Below are positions 19,711-29,074 of a stretch of DNA of 64,000 bases, piece after piece. Numbering within the stretch: the stretch's first letter is position 1; each line of letters begins with the position of its first letter. The notes below the pieces were generated by a model. That model saw only the letters and a list, made by a program, of their open reading frames with translations, was not told the DNA's origin and did not search any database. The DNA comes from an uncultured delta proteobacterium (GTDB lineage Bacteria > Myxococcota_A > Polyangia > Fen-1088): NCBI GenBank assembly GCA_963796685.1, contig CAWCMR010000005.1, positions 256,001-320,000 on the forward strand, given 5' to 3'. The position numbers were made by a program, and so were the translations under genes.

Positions 19711-21093
19711 TCATCGTCCAAAGCCGCGAGCGACCAGCCATGTGATGCATCCACCGAGAAGGGCGGCGGCCGCTATCGCGGCGGCCTTCGCGCGCTTGCG
19801 CTGCCAGAGCGGTGGGCGCGGGTCGCTTGGTCTTTCGCTCGGGCAGGACGAGGGATCTTCGGGCCACAGGTGCAAATCCAGGGTCTTCACGACACGCTCG
19901 CCGTTGTCGTTCTGGGAAGGCCTGACTTGGCCGACGTCTATCTCGGTCTCGGTTCGCAGGCGCTGGGTGGTCGGCATCACGGGACACTCTTCGAGTGGCG
20001 CCAGGGGAACCACCACCGCAGCAGCCATGACCGACCGTGGGCTCATTTCGCCAGAAGTGTCCGCCTGCACACCGGCCTCTGTATCAACCCCCGCGCCCGT
20101 CCAGCCATCGACCGTGCTCACGCTGTGCTGGGAGGGCATGATTTCTGTGGGGGACGCAACGACGTTCGGCCGCGTACCCTTGGCTGGCGTAATCGGCGAC
20201 GGCGGTGCGCCTGTGGCCGCGAAGGTATCGCCCCACTGGGCGCGCCCCTCGTTGCTCGCGTCTTCCAGAATGGCCCGGCCAAAGTCGAGCACGGATGGGT
20301 AGCGCCGATCCTTTGCCACGCTCATGGCTTTCGAGATTGCGGCATCGAGCCCCACCGAGATCTCGGCACGGACCTCGCGCGGTCGCGGGTATTCCGCCCT
20401 CAAGATCGCCCCGATCAACTCGGCACCCTCCTTGCGCGCGAAGGGCGACTTTCCGGCCAAGGCCACATACGCCAGCAACCCGACCGCGTACTGATCGGAT
20501 TTGGCGTCGGCCTCCACGTTTCTTACCTGTTCGGGCGAGAAATAGCGTGGCGTCCCCACCACGTGTCCTGGCCGGGTGATCTCGCCCGATGCATTTTCCC
20601 CAAGGATGGCCACCCCGAAGTCCAGCACCTTCACCGACGTTCCTTCCGGCGTCTCGTGCAAGAACACGTTTCCCGGTTTGAGATCCCGATGGACGACGCC
20701 GCGGGTATGGCAAGCATGCACGCCCGCGCAAACCCCGAGGATGATGTCCACGGCCTCGCCCACGGGTATCTGCCCGCGTTTCAGCCGCGACGAAAGATCC
20801 TCGCCGCGAAGGTAGGCCATGACGATGTACGGGGTCGGCCTCGCGCTGAAATCGAGGATGCTGACCACGTTCGGATGGTTGAGCTGGCTGATGGCCTCGG
20901 CCTCGCGCGAAAAGCGTCTGAGCAGATCGGGGTCGGGCGCTCCGAGGACCTTGATGGCCACGTCCCGATTCAGGGACGGATCCCAGGCTCGATACACCTC
21001 GCCCATGCCGCCGCGACCGAGCATCTCGCGAATCTCGTAGCGGCCAAGCGCTGTGCCGCGCTTTAGTATTTCCCCTGACACGGTATGCTCCAT
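19711..21093 (-). CDS. Hanks-type Ser/Thr protein kinase with C-terminal TM
   Basis: GRGGMGEVY, VAIK, HRDLKPGN, DFG, GTPRYFSPE. Confidence 0.93.
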   Translation of the reverse strand: MEHTVSGEILKRGTALGRYEIREMLGRGGMGEVYRAWDPSLNRDVAIKVLGAPDPDLLRRFSREAEAISQLNHPNVVSILDFSARPTPYIVMAYLRGEDLSSRLKRGQIPVGEAVDIILGVCAGVHACHTRGVVHRDLKPGNVFLHETPEGTSVKVLDFGVAILGENASGEITRPGHVVGTPRYFSPEQVRNVEADAKSDQYAVGLLAYVALAGKSPFARKEGAELIGAILRAEYPRPREVRAEISVGLDAAISKAMSVAKDRRYPSVLDFGRAILEDASNEGRAQWGDTFAATGAPPSPITPAKGTRPNVVASPTEIMPSQHSVSTVDGWTGAGVDTEAGVQADTSGEMSPRSVMAAAVVVPLAPLEECPVMPTTQRLRTETEIDVGQVRPSQNDNGERVVKTLDLHLWPEDPSSCPSERPSDPRPPLWQRKRAKAAAIAAAALLGGCITWLVARGFGR

Positions 21094-21113
21094 TCTAATC
21101 GCTTCGTGATTCC

Positions 21114-22382
21114 ATGGATGACGTAATCCTCAACCCCGGCGAAGTCATCTGCGACGGGCGCTACGAGATCATCCATGCGCTCGGGCAGGGCGGGATGGGC
21201 GTGGTCTACAAGGCCCGGTCGCTCGCGCTCAAGCGCGACGTGGCCATCAAGATGCTGACCCACATCGACGAGGATCTCCGGCAGAGACTCCGCCGCGAGG
21301 GCGATCTGCTGGCCAAGATCGATCACCCGGCCGTGGTTCAGATCTACGACTTCATGGAAACCGGCCCGCAGGGGCCGATGCTGGTACTCGAATACGTGCC
21401 GGGCCGCGACCTCGGCTCGGTCCTGGGCAAGCCCATGGCGATCAGCGAGGCCGCGGACCTCCTCTTGGCGATTTGCAGCGGGGTGGCCGCCTGCCACCGT
21501 TTCGGGATCATCCATCGTGACCTCAAGCCGAGCAACATACGACTTGCCGAGGGCACCGAGTGGCGTACGCGGGTGAAGATCCTGGACTTCGGCATCGCCA
21601 TTCCCTACGACTCGCCCATCATCAAAGCACGTCAGGCTCGCATCACCCAGATGGGCGTCGTTCCTGGCACGCCCTGCTTCACCGCACCCGAGCTGCTTCG
21701 GAGCGAGGAGCCGGACGACAAGTGTGATCAGTATGGGCTGGCGGTGCTGCTCTACATGGCGTTGACGGGGCGGGAGCCGTTTCCCGAGCTTGCGGGCAAG
21801 GAGCTTGTAGTGGCGATTCTGCAGGGCAGCTACCTGTCGGCGCGCTTCCTACGCCACCAGATCCCGACCGACCTGGAGCAGATCCTCGTGCGCGCGCTCG
21901 ACACCGACCCGCGGAAACGCTTCGCCAGCGTGGTCGACTTCGCATTCGCGCTCTTGCCTTTCGCCAGCCCGAAGGCTGGCTCGTACTGGACCCACTACTT
22001 CACCAACGCGAGAAGGCCCGTTTCGCGCAGATTGCTGGAGCCGGTCTCGGCGGCGAATCGCGGTCAGCCGGTCGTGCCGCTGGTCCAACGGATCGAGGTG
22101 ATGGCCGGACCTCCGCCCACTGCGACCCCTCGCCATCAGCCGCCGACGGTCGTCGATTCGATGCCCGCGCCGATTCCCGCGGCCACGCCGCCCCGGTCTG
22201 CCCGCACGCCTGATGGTGCGCCATCGGCCGAAGAGGTGAGGGTCGGAAGGCGGCCGGGCCGCTCCCGTCCGCAAGCCGACTCTTCCAACGACTTCCTTCG
22301 CAGTTACCTCACGGGTCTCGGCATCGGGGTGGCGGGCATCATCGTGGTAGTGTTGGCCTACCTGATTTTCCAGGCAAAGTGA
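21114..22382 (+). CDS. Hanks-type Ser/Thr protein kinase with C-terminal TM
   Basis: GQGGMGVVY, VAIK, HRDLKPSN, DFG, GTPCFTAPE. Confidence 0.93.
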   Translation: MDDVILNPGEVICDGRYEIIHALGQGGMGVVYKARSLALKRDVAIKMLTHIDEDLRQRLRREGDLLAKIDHPAVVQIYDFMETGPQGPMLVLEYVPGRDLGSVLGKPMAISEAADLLLAICSGVAACHRFGIIHRDLKPSNIRLAEGTEWRTRVKILDFGIAIPYDSPIIKARQARITQMGVVPGTPCFTAPELLRSEEPDDKCDQYGLAVLLYMALTGREPFPELAGKELVVAILQGSYLSARFLRHQIPTDLEQILVRALDTDPRKRFASVVDFAFALLPFASPKAGSYWTHYFTNARRPVSRRLLEPVSAANRGQPVVPLVQRIEVMAGPPPTATPRHQPPTVVDSMPAPIPAATPPRSARTPDGAPSAEEVRVGRRPGRSRPQADSSNDFLRSYLTGLGIGVAGIIVVVLAYLIFQAK

Positions 22383-22385
22383 ACG

Positions 22386-24002
22386 ATGTCCAACCCACGC
22401 GTCCATAGGCTTCCCGCGGATCACAACAAGTTTCCGCGCCGCCTGGGGCCGTACGTGGTCGTGACCTTCCTCGGCGAGGGCGGCATGGGAAGCGTTTATC
22501 TGGCCCTGACGGGCTGCAAGGATGCCGCTAAATTCTGTGTCATCAAGCAACTGGGCAGCGCCTGGTCCGACTTTCCCGCCGACGAGCTTCCCGCCATCGA
22601 GGGGCGTTTTAGGCGCGAGGCTGAAATCACCATGGCGCTTTCCCACCCGTCGATTCCCAAGACCTTTGCCGTGGGCGACGAGCAGGGACCCTATCTGGTG
22701 CAGGAATTCGTCGACGGCGTAAACCTGCGCCACCTGGTTGCCCACGCGACTTCGGCCGGCGAGTCCATTTCGAATCCGCTGGCCTCGTACATCGTGGCCG
22801 AGGTGGCCAAGGCGCTTTCGTACCTGCACGATTTCGAATCGCTGGGGCTGGTCCACAGGGACGTCACCCCCGACAATGTGATGCTCGCGGCGAGCGGGGA
22901 GGTGAAGCTCATCGACTTCGGCATCGCCAAGGCCACGGCACGGGACGACGGGCTCACCACTCGGGGCGTGGTGGGCAAGGCCGACTGGATGGCGCCTGAG
23001 ATTTTTCACGGGGCCAAGCCGGATCGCAGGGCCGATATCTACGCGCTCGGCTTGCTTTATTGGTACCTCTTGACCCGCCGGGATCCGGGATCCACGCAGT
23101 CGAACCGCACCGCCACGCAAGATCGCTTCCTTCCACCTTCCGCCTTCGTGGCCGATGTCACGCCCGAGCTGGATGGCGTGGTGACCAGGGCCATGGATCC
23201 CAATCCTGAACTTCGCTTTCAGACCGCGAAGGAGCTTCAGCGCGCAGCGACCCGGCTCATCCCCGCGGGCCTCAAGGGCAAAGAAGAGGTAGCAGGCCTG
23301 ATCTTCCGCAACACAAGTCGACTAGGCGATGGCCTGTATCCGAGGCTGATGGAAGAGGGACGGCATCTGCTCGACGACGCACCGGCGGCGGAGAGGGTCG
23401 AGCGCAGGAGAGTCGTGGACAGCGACGCGACCGAGATCGCCAAGTCTGTACGATGGCGGCGTATCATCCTCTTCGGGCTGGGCGTGGTGGGTGTTCTGGT
23501 GGTGGGGCTGATGGTCCCTTGGAAAGGCGAGAAAACTGTGGAGAAGACGCCCGTGCAGGCGCCGCCCGCAGCCGCGGTGGTCGCACCGCCAGCGCCACTG
23601 CCGGAACCGGCCCCGGCCCCGGCCACCGCATTCCGGCCCCCGGCGCCCGCGCCCGGCGTCGCCTCTGCCGCGGTGCCTGTGAGGAAGACGGCGGCGCCAC
23701 AACCAAAGGTGGAACCCGAACGCGGCGCCGTGCAGGAGAGCGCGGACGAGCTGCTGGCATCGGCGAAGGATAGCTTCGAGCGCTCCGATCTCTCCAAGGC
23801 GCTTGCGCTCGCCCAGCGTGCCGCGGAACAAGGCGCGGGTGCGCCCGCGTTCGTGCTGATTGGAACCTGTCTTTCCATCAAGGGGGATTTTGCTGGTGCC
23901 AAGGATGCGTTGAAACAGGCGCTGCGCCTTTCGCCAGGCGATGCCAACGCCACGCGCATGCTGAAACGGCTTGGCAACGGGACGCCCGAAGACACACCGT
24001 GA
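22386..24002 (+). CDS. membrane Ser/Thr kinase with Pro-rich linker and C-terminal TPR-like domain
   Basis: GEGGMGSVY, HRDVTPDN, DFGIAK, GKADWMAPE; TM IILFGLGVVGVLVVGL; A...L..AL.LSP TPR pattern. Confidence 0.9.
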   Translation: MSNPRVHRLPADHNKFPRRLGPYVVVTFLGEGGMGSVYLALTGCKDAAKFCVIKQLGSAWSDFPADELPAIEGRFRREAEITMALSHPSIPKTFAVGDEQGPYLVQEFVDGVNLRHLVAHATSAGESISNPLASYIVAEVAKALSYLHDFESLGLVHRDVTPDNVMLAASGEVKLIDFGIAKATARDDGLTTRGVVGKADWMAPEIFHGAKPDRRADIYALGLLYWYLLTRRDPGSTQSNRTATQDRFLPPSAFVADVTPELDGVVTRAMDPNPELRFQTAKELQRAATRLIPAGLKGKEEVAGLIFRNTSRLGDGLYPRLMEEGRHLLDDAPAAERVERRRVVDSDATEIAKSVRWRRIILFGLGVVGVLVVGLMVPWKGEKTVEKTPVQAPPAAAVVAPPAPLPEPAPAPATAFRPPAPAPGVASAAVPVRKTAAPQPKVEPERGAVQESADELLASAKDSFERSDLSKALALAQRAAEQGAGAPAFVLIGTCLSIKGDFAGAKDALKQALRLSPGDANATRMLKRLGNGTPEDTP

Positions 24003-24928
24003 AGGCGACAACACATGCCTATCCCAACCACGACCAACCTATCGAACGGAGAAGAACCCTCGTGAGAAAGATTCTGCTAGCCATCCTGATCCTTACCATC
24101 GGCTGGTCGGTTTCACGCGAAGCCACGGCACAACCGCTGCGAACCGTGGCTTTTATTGATGCCGTGAAGTTCCCGCCCAAGGCCAAGCAGGCGCACCTTC
24201 GCTTGCGTGCTGCGCTGGAAGAGTCTTTCTCAGTTAAGAGCTGGTTTCTGGCCGAAACCGGCCGCCCCATCGAGGATTGCGGCGCAACATCCCAGTGCCT
24301 GGCCAAGGTGGCCAGTGACACGGGCACGCAATACGTCCTGCGCATCGCTGGAAAGAAGAGCCAAGAGTACGCGTATGACATGACACTGGATCTCTATTCC
24401 ACGGTTCTCGGTGGCATGCGCAGCAGCCTTGCTACTTGCGACATCTGTGATCCGGGTCGTATGGCAGAAGTCGCAAGCAAGGCCGCAGTGGAGCTACTGG
24501 TAAGCGCCGCAAAGGAAGAGGCCGGCCTGAGAGAGCGAGCCAAGCAGACAGCACTGTCGTCGGCTCCGCCATTGGTGTCGCAAGCTCCCACCCCGCCACC
24601 GACAGCGTTCGTCGTGCCCCCTGCCGTTTCTGTGACGGCGCCGGCAAACCGATCCTGGATTCCTTGGGCGTTGATCGGCGTTGGAGTGGTCGGAGTGGGC
24701 TACGGGGGATGGGCACTACACGAAGATGGCAAATCAGCGGGATCTTGTTCGCCCACGCGCGTCCCCACCACTTGTAACCAGTATTCTTTCGGCGCGGTAG
24801 GCTTGGTCAGCCTCGTGGGCGGCGGCTTGCTCGCAACAGCGGGCGTAATTTGGGAAATCACAACTCTTACCCACGCGACCACGATTTCGGCGTCGCCGAA
24901 CCACGTCGCACTGAACGTGAGGTTCTAG
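23999..24928 (+). CDS. exported or outer-membrane-associated protein of a myxobacterial kinase module
   Basis: Signal-like segment, Gly-rich hydrophobic hairpin, terminal VALNVRF; GTGA coupling to the kinase. Confidence 0.6.
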   Translation: MKATTHAYPNHDQPIERRRTLVRKILLAILILTIGWSVSREATAQPLRTVAFIDAVKFPPKAKQAHLRLRAALEESFSVKSWFLAETGRPIEDCGATSQCLAKVASDTGTQYVLRIAGKKSQEYAYDMTLDLYSTVLGGMRSSLATCDICDPGRMAEVASKAAVELLVSAAKEEAGLRERAKQTALSSAPPLVSQAPTPPPTAFVVPPAVSVTAPANRSWIPWALIGVGVVGVGYGGWALHEDGKSAGSCSPTRVPTTCNQYSFGAVGLVSLVGGGLLATAGVIWEITTLTHATTISASPNHVALNVRF

Positions 24929-24930
24929 CC

Positions 24931-26763
24931 ATGCGCGCAACGCTGCTTCTCCTTTGCCTCGTACCAGCCTGTCTCCCCACAGAGCCCAAGGTGGTTAGCT
25001 GCACCAGCGACACCGAGTGCACGGCGATTGCCGCTGGCCTTCGCTGCGACCAGCTTCAGCACGTGTGCACCTGCGAGGGCACATCTTTCCCAGGATGTGA
25101 AAAGCCTGGCGACGGCGGACTACTCGCAGACGGTCCAAGCGACGCGCCAGTGCCGCCGGCCGATGTGGGCGAGCCGCCCGATGGCCCCGCGGAGGTGCAG
25201 ATTCCGGACGCGCCTGAGGATTCGGCGGTACCCGATACCGCTGTCGACACGCGCGTTCCCGATGCCGCGGGAACCTGCGGCGTGGACAGCGATTGCCCGA
25301 GCCCGGCGAGATCGTTCTGCGTGGCCGGCGTTTGCACCGGCTGCACTGCTAGCCTATGCGCTTCGCGCATCGACGGTGGAACATCCGTCTGCGCGACGAG
25401 CGGAACCCTCGCCGGCCAGTGCGTGGACTGCGTGGCCGACGGGCAGTGCACGAGCAGTCCCGGCAAGCCATTCTGCGTGAACAACACTTGCACGGGCTGC
25501 TCGGCGGTCCTGTGCGCGGGCAAGGTCGACGGTGGGGCGTCTTCGGTGTGCGCGACGACGGGAGCGGCCGCGGGCCAGTGCGTGGAGTGTGTGGCCGACG
25601 CCCAGTGCATGACGAACCCCGCGAGAGCTTTCTGCGTAAGCAACGCCTGCACGGCCTGCACCGCAACCCTTTGCGCCGCCCGTACGAACGGCAAGACCGT
25701 CTGCGCTGCCACTGGAAGCGTCGCCGGCCAGTGCGTGGAGTGCGTCGACAACACAGGATGCACCGCCAACCCGGCGAAGGGCTTCTGCGTGGCGAACGCG
25801 TGTACCGCCTGCACGTCAACCCTGTGCGCCGGCCGCACGGACGGCAAGACCACCTGCGCTTCCAGCGGATCCTTCACCGGCCAGTGCGTGGCGTGTACGA
25901 GCAACGCCCAGTGCACGGGCACGACCCCCATCTGTGCCAGCGCGACCGACGTGTGCCGCGCATGTGGCTCCGATACCGAATGCACGGGGATCGGTCCCGG
26001 CGTGTGCATGACCGACGGTCACTGCGCGGCGGACTTGGAGACAGTCTACGTCGGAACCAGCGGAAACACGACCTGCTCCGACACCACGGGCACAGGGGGC
26101 GTCTCGGCGCCGGTGTGTTCGGCCCAAAACGGCGTGACCATCGCGAAGACTGGGTCCAAGTCGGTCGTGCTCGTCAGAGGCGCCCTGACCCCACCACCAG
26201 CAGGCTTCACCACGACCATCGCCATCTCCGCGCCTTTGACCATCGTCGGCAGAGCCGGCGCCGTTCTCACCGCCGCTGCTGGTGCCGACGCCATCACCAT
26301 CACCTCGGGCGACATCACCCTGCGCAACCTGACCATCCAGGGCAACGCCACCCCCGCGACCGGTATCGGCATCACTGCTCAGCCCACCCCCGGCTCCACC
26401 GTCACCCTTCACATGGACACCTGCGCCGTCACGAACAACCCCGGCGGCGGCATCCTGCTCAACGGCGCCGCCTTCGACATCCAGAACACGACGGTGACCG
26501 ACAACGGGCCGGGCACGTCAGGCGTCGGGGCCTCGTATGGCGGCATCAGGATCGAGTCCCTTCCCGCGACCGGCCCGACCAACCTCAGCCTGGTGACCAT
26601 CCAGAACAACAAGCAGGTCGGCCTTTCGTGCTCCGCGCTGATCGCCGGAGCCGGCGTGCTGGCCAGCGGAAACGTGGGCGGCATCGACATCAACACCACC
26701 TGCAACGTCACCGCCTGCACGCCCGCGAGCACGACTTGCGGGGCACAGTCCACGCCGCAATGA
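24931..26763 (+). CDS. Cys-rich lipoprotein with C-terminal right-handed beta-helix
   Basis: VPAC lipobox; four GQCVEC....C......FCV.N.CT.C repeats; ITLRNLTIQG / NNPGGGILL beta-helix pattern. Confidence 0.75.
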   Translation: MRATLLLLCLVPACLPTEPKVVSCTSDTECTAIAAGLRCDQLQHVCTCEGTSFPGCEKPGDGGLLADGPSDAPVPPADVGEPPDGPAEVQIPDAPEDSAVPDTAVDTRVPDAAGTCGVDSDCPSPARSFCVAGVCTGCTASLCASRIDGGTSVCATSGTLAGQCVDCVADGQCTSSPGKPFCVNNTCTGCSAVLCAGKVDGGASSVCATTGAAAGQCVECVADAQCMTNPARAFCVSNACTACTATLCAARTNGKTVCAATGSVAGQCVECVDNTGCTANPAKGFCVANACTACTSTLCAGRTDGKTTCASSGSFTGQCVACTSNAQCTGTTPICASATDVCRACGSDTECTGIGPGVCMTDGHCAADLETVYVGTSGNTTCSDTTGTGGVSAPVCSAQNGVTIAKTGSKSVVLVRGALTPPPAGFTTTIAISAPLTIVGRAGAVLTAAAGADAITITSGDITLRNLTIQGNATPATGIGITAQPTPGSTVTLHMDTCAVTNNPGGGILLNGAAFDIQNTTVTDNGPGTSGVGASYGGIRIESLPATGPTNLSLVTIQNNKQVGLSCSALIAGAGVLASGNVGGIDINTTCNVTACTPASTTCGAQSTPQ

Positions 26764-26791
26764 CCAATGCTCCTTGGCCACGCAACACTTA

Positions 26792-28119
26792 GGTCTCGCG
26801 CGAAAATAACTGATCGCATTAGTCTGATTGCGGCGTGACTGTGTAGTTCCAGTCACCTCTGAAACGGGCGGGGCGAAGATTGACGGCTTCCATCTCCTCG
26901 TGTGCGACCTTGATTCCCTTTTTGTACGAGTTCCGGTCGGCGGCGGCGCGGATGTGGAGGCCCCGCTTTGTCGTTGTGGCTCCAATCAGATTGACGACGG
27001 TTTCGAGAGTCTCAAGCGGCCTCCCCCTCCAGTTCGCGGTGATGTGGCAGAACATCCGGTGTTCGATCTTGTTCCACTTGCTCGTCCCAGGCGGGTAGTG
27101 CGCTACTTGTATCCGCAATCCGCTCTCGTCCGCGAATTCCTGAAGTTCTGTCTTCCAAAGACGCACTCGTGCCCCGTTGCTGCCACCTCCGTCCGCAGTG
27201 ATGAGCAGCTCCTCCGCTTCCGGATACACTGCCTTGCCCATCCTCTTCCACCAACGACGGATGGTTTCCACTGCAAACTCGGCGGTGTCGTGGTCAATCC
27301 CCACGCTCACCCAACCCTCGTTCCTTGCGAGGTCGTACACGCCATACGGAATCGCCTTGCCGAGTTCCTTGTCAATGAAGTCATGAACCCGGACGGGAAC
27401 CGGCGAACCCTTCGGCTCCCATTCGCGGCCTCCGTTCTTGAAATCGCCCAGGTTCTCCTTCTTTTTGGTGTCGACAGAGATTACAGGCAGCCCCTTCGAC
27501 TGGAACTCCTTCGCCCGGCGGTTGATGTACTCGAACTGGGCATCTCGGTCTGGATCCTGCTTGCCCTCTCTGGTCTTGTGGTTTGCCTGCAGACTGTAGT
27601 CCAGATCCACCAGTAGCTCTCGCACCTTGGTTGCGCTGACCGGGTGCCCCTGCGCTGTCAGTTCTTCAGCGAGGCGCCGCGTGCCTTTGCTTGTCCAACG
27701 AAGCGGCGATTCCGGATCTCCTCGTGTAGCGGGGTCGATCAGACGCTCAAGGGCTTTGACCAGTTCTGGGTCCTGATCCTCAATGCGTTTGCGCCCAGCA
27801 CCGGGGCGGCGCACCCTCTGTTCGCATGGTGCCGCCAATGGCGGCGTCTCCCGCTGCACCTGCAAATCTCTTTTCCCTGCAACGATTCTCTTGTGGCGCA
27901 GGCCGGTCGCGCGAGTGACGATGGCGACGCCGCCGCGACCCAGTGATTCTGCTTCCGCTGCGGCCCACAGTCGAATCTGGCGCTCATTCAAAATGGGCGT
28001 CAGATCACAAAAGAGCTTTCGAACCCGTTCCACTTCGTCCATATTGCGACACTCTTCCCTTTGAGTGCACAATATACGCAATTGTCCCTATATGCGCTCT
28101 TTTATTTACGCGCGAGACC
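26792..28119 (-). mobile_element. ISAzo13-family insertion sequence (1328 bp)
   Basis: Imperfect ~28-bp terminal IRs (GGTCTCGCGCGAAAATAA.../GGTCTCGCGCGTAAATAA...); TTA direct repeats at 26789-26791 and 28120-28122. Confidence 0.92.
26819..28042 (-). CDS. ISAzo13-family DDE transposase
   Basis: TRGDPESPLRWT, ISVDTKKKE, AIPYGVYD, LLITADGGGSNG, HYPPGTSKWNKIEHR; start chosen at MDEVERV. Confidence 0.93.
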   Translation of the reverse strand: MDEVERVRKLFCDLTPILNERQIRLWAAAEAESLGRGGVAIVTRATGLRHKRIVAGKRDLQVQRETPPLAAPCEQRVRRPGAGRKRIEDQDPELVKALERLIDPATRGDPESPLRWTSKGTRRLAEELTAQGHPVSATKVRELLVDLDYSLQANHKTREGKQDPDRDAQFEYINRRAKEFQSKGLPVISVDTKKKENLGDFKNGGREWEPKGSPVPVRVHDFIDKELGKAIPYGVYDLARNEGWVSVGIDHDTAEFAVETIRRWWKRMGKAVYPEAEELLITADGGGSNGARVRLWKTELQEFADESGLRIQVAHYPPGTSKWNKIEHRMFCHITANWRGRPLETLETVVNLIGATTTKRGLHIRAAADRNSYKKGIKVAHEEMEAVNLRPARFRGDWNYTVTPQSD

Positions 28120-29074
28120 TTAGCCTATCCCACGGGATCGCCGACGAGAACGAGGTCCTCCTCGTCTCCTCGATCCGATGGATCGCCGTGCGCGCCGAAG
28201 GCGGCTACCGCGAGATAGACACTCGCAAGGCGCTTCGGATGCTGGAGAATCTGGATCGCCGCCGCTCGATGGATGCGCGCGGCTTCGTGGCCGAGGTCCG
28301 CATCGGCAACTTCCTTCTTTCTCGGATGGACGATCGTGAAGTCCTCAACCTGATACGCGAGGCCATCCGCGACGGCCACGTGATCGCTGTCCAGAAAGGC
28401 GCGGCGGAGTCCGACAGCCCCGGTGCCACGGTCGAGCCGCGCCGGCTGGTCGCGCAGGTCGAGAAAGCAACGCGCGGCAAACTGTCCTTCCGCGGCCGCC
28501 AGTACAAGCTGGTCGTCGGCGACGACTTGGCCAAGGTGCCTGGCCGCGACTCCTACGACGTCGTGTTCCAAACCGATGCCAGAGCCGTGCTCGACGGTAT
28601 CGCCAAAGAGTCGGCCACCTCCGCGGAGCCTCTGCGCAAGGCCAGCGAGAGGATCGGCAAGGACTGGCGTCCCCCATTCTCGCAACCCGAGGGCTTGGTG
28701 CTATTACGGCGAATTCCAGTCCTGGCGTCCGTGCCCAAGGACGACGGCCCGGCGCTCACGCCGTCGCAGATGAAGGCGCTGCTTGACCCGCAGAAGCCCG
28801 ACGACCTCGTGCTGCGGTTGGAGCACCTTTATCACGATGACCGTCCCGTGCACGAAGCCCCCTTCACCGTCGAGTTGAGCGACGGCAGCCGCATTACGGG
28901 AAAGCTTGATGCCAAGGGCCGCGCGACGGTTCACGTTCCGGTCGTGCCCACCAGGGTGCAATTCGGGCCGGATAGCCGGCCGTGGAAGCAGATCGAGCAG
29001 AAGAGCAACCCCGACTACCAAGAAGAGCTGGACGACATCGACGGCTTCATCGACTCGCATCTGGGCACGTCGAC

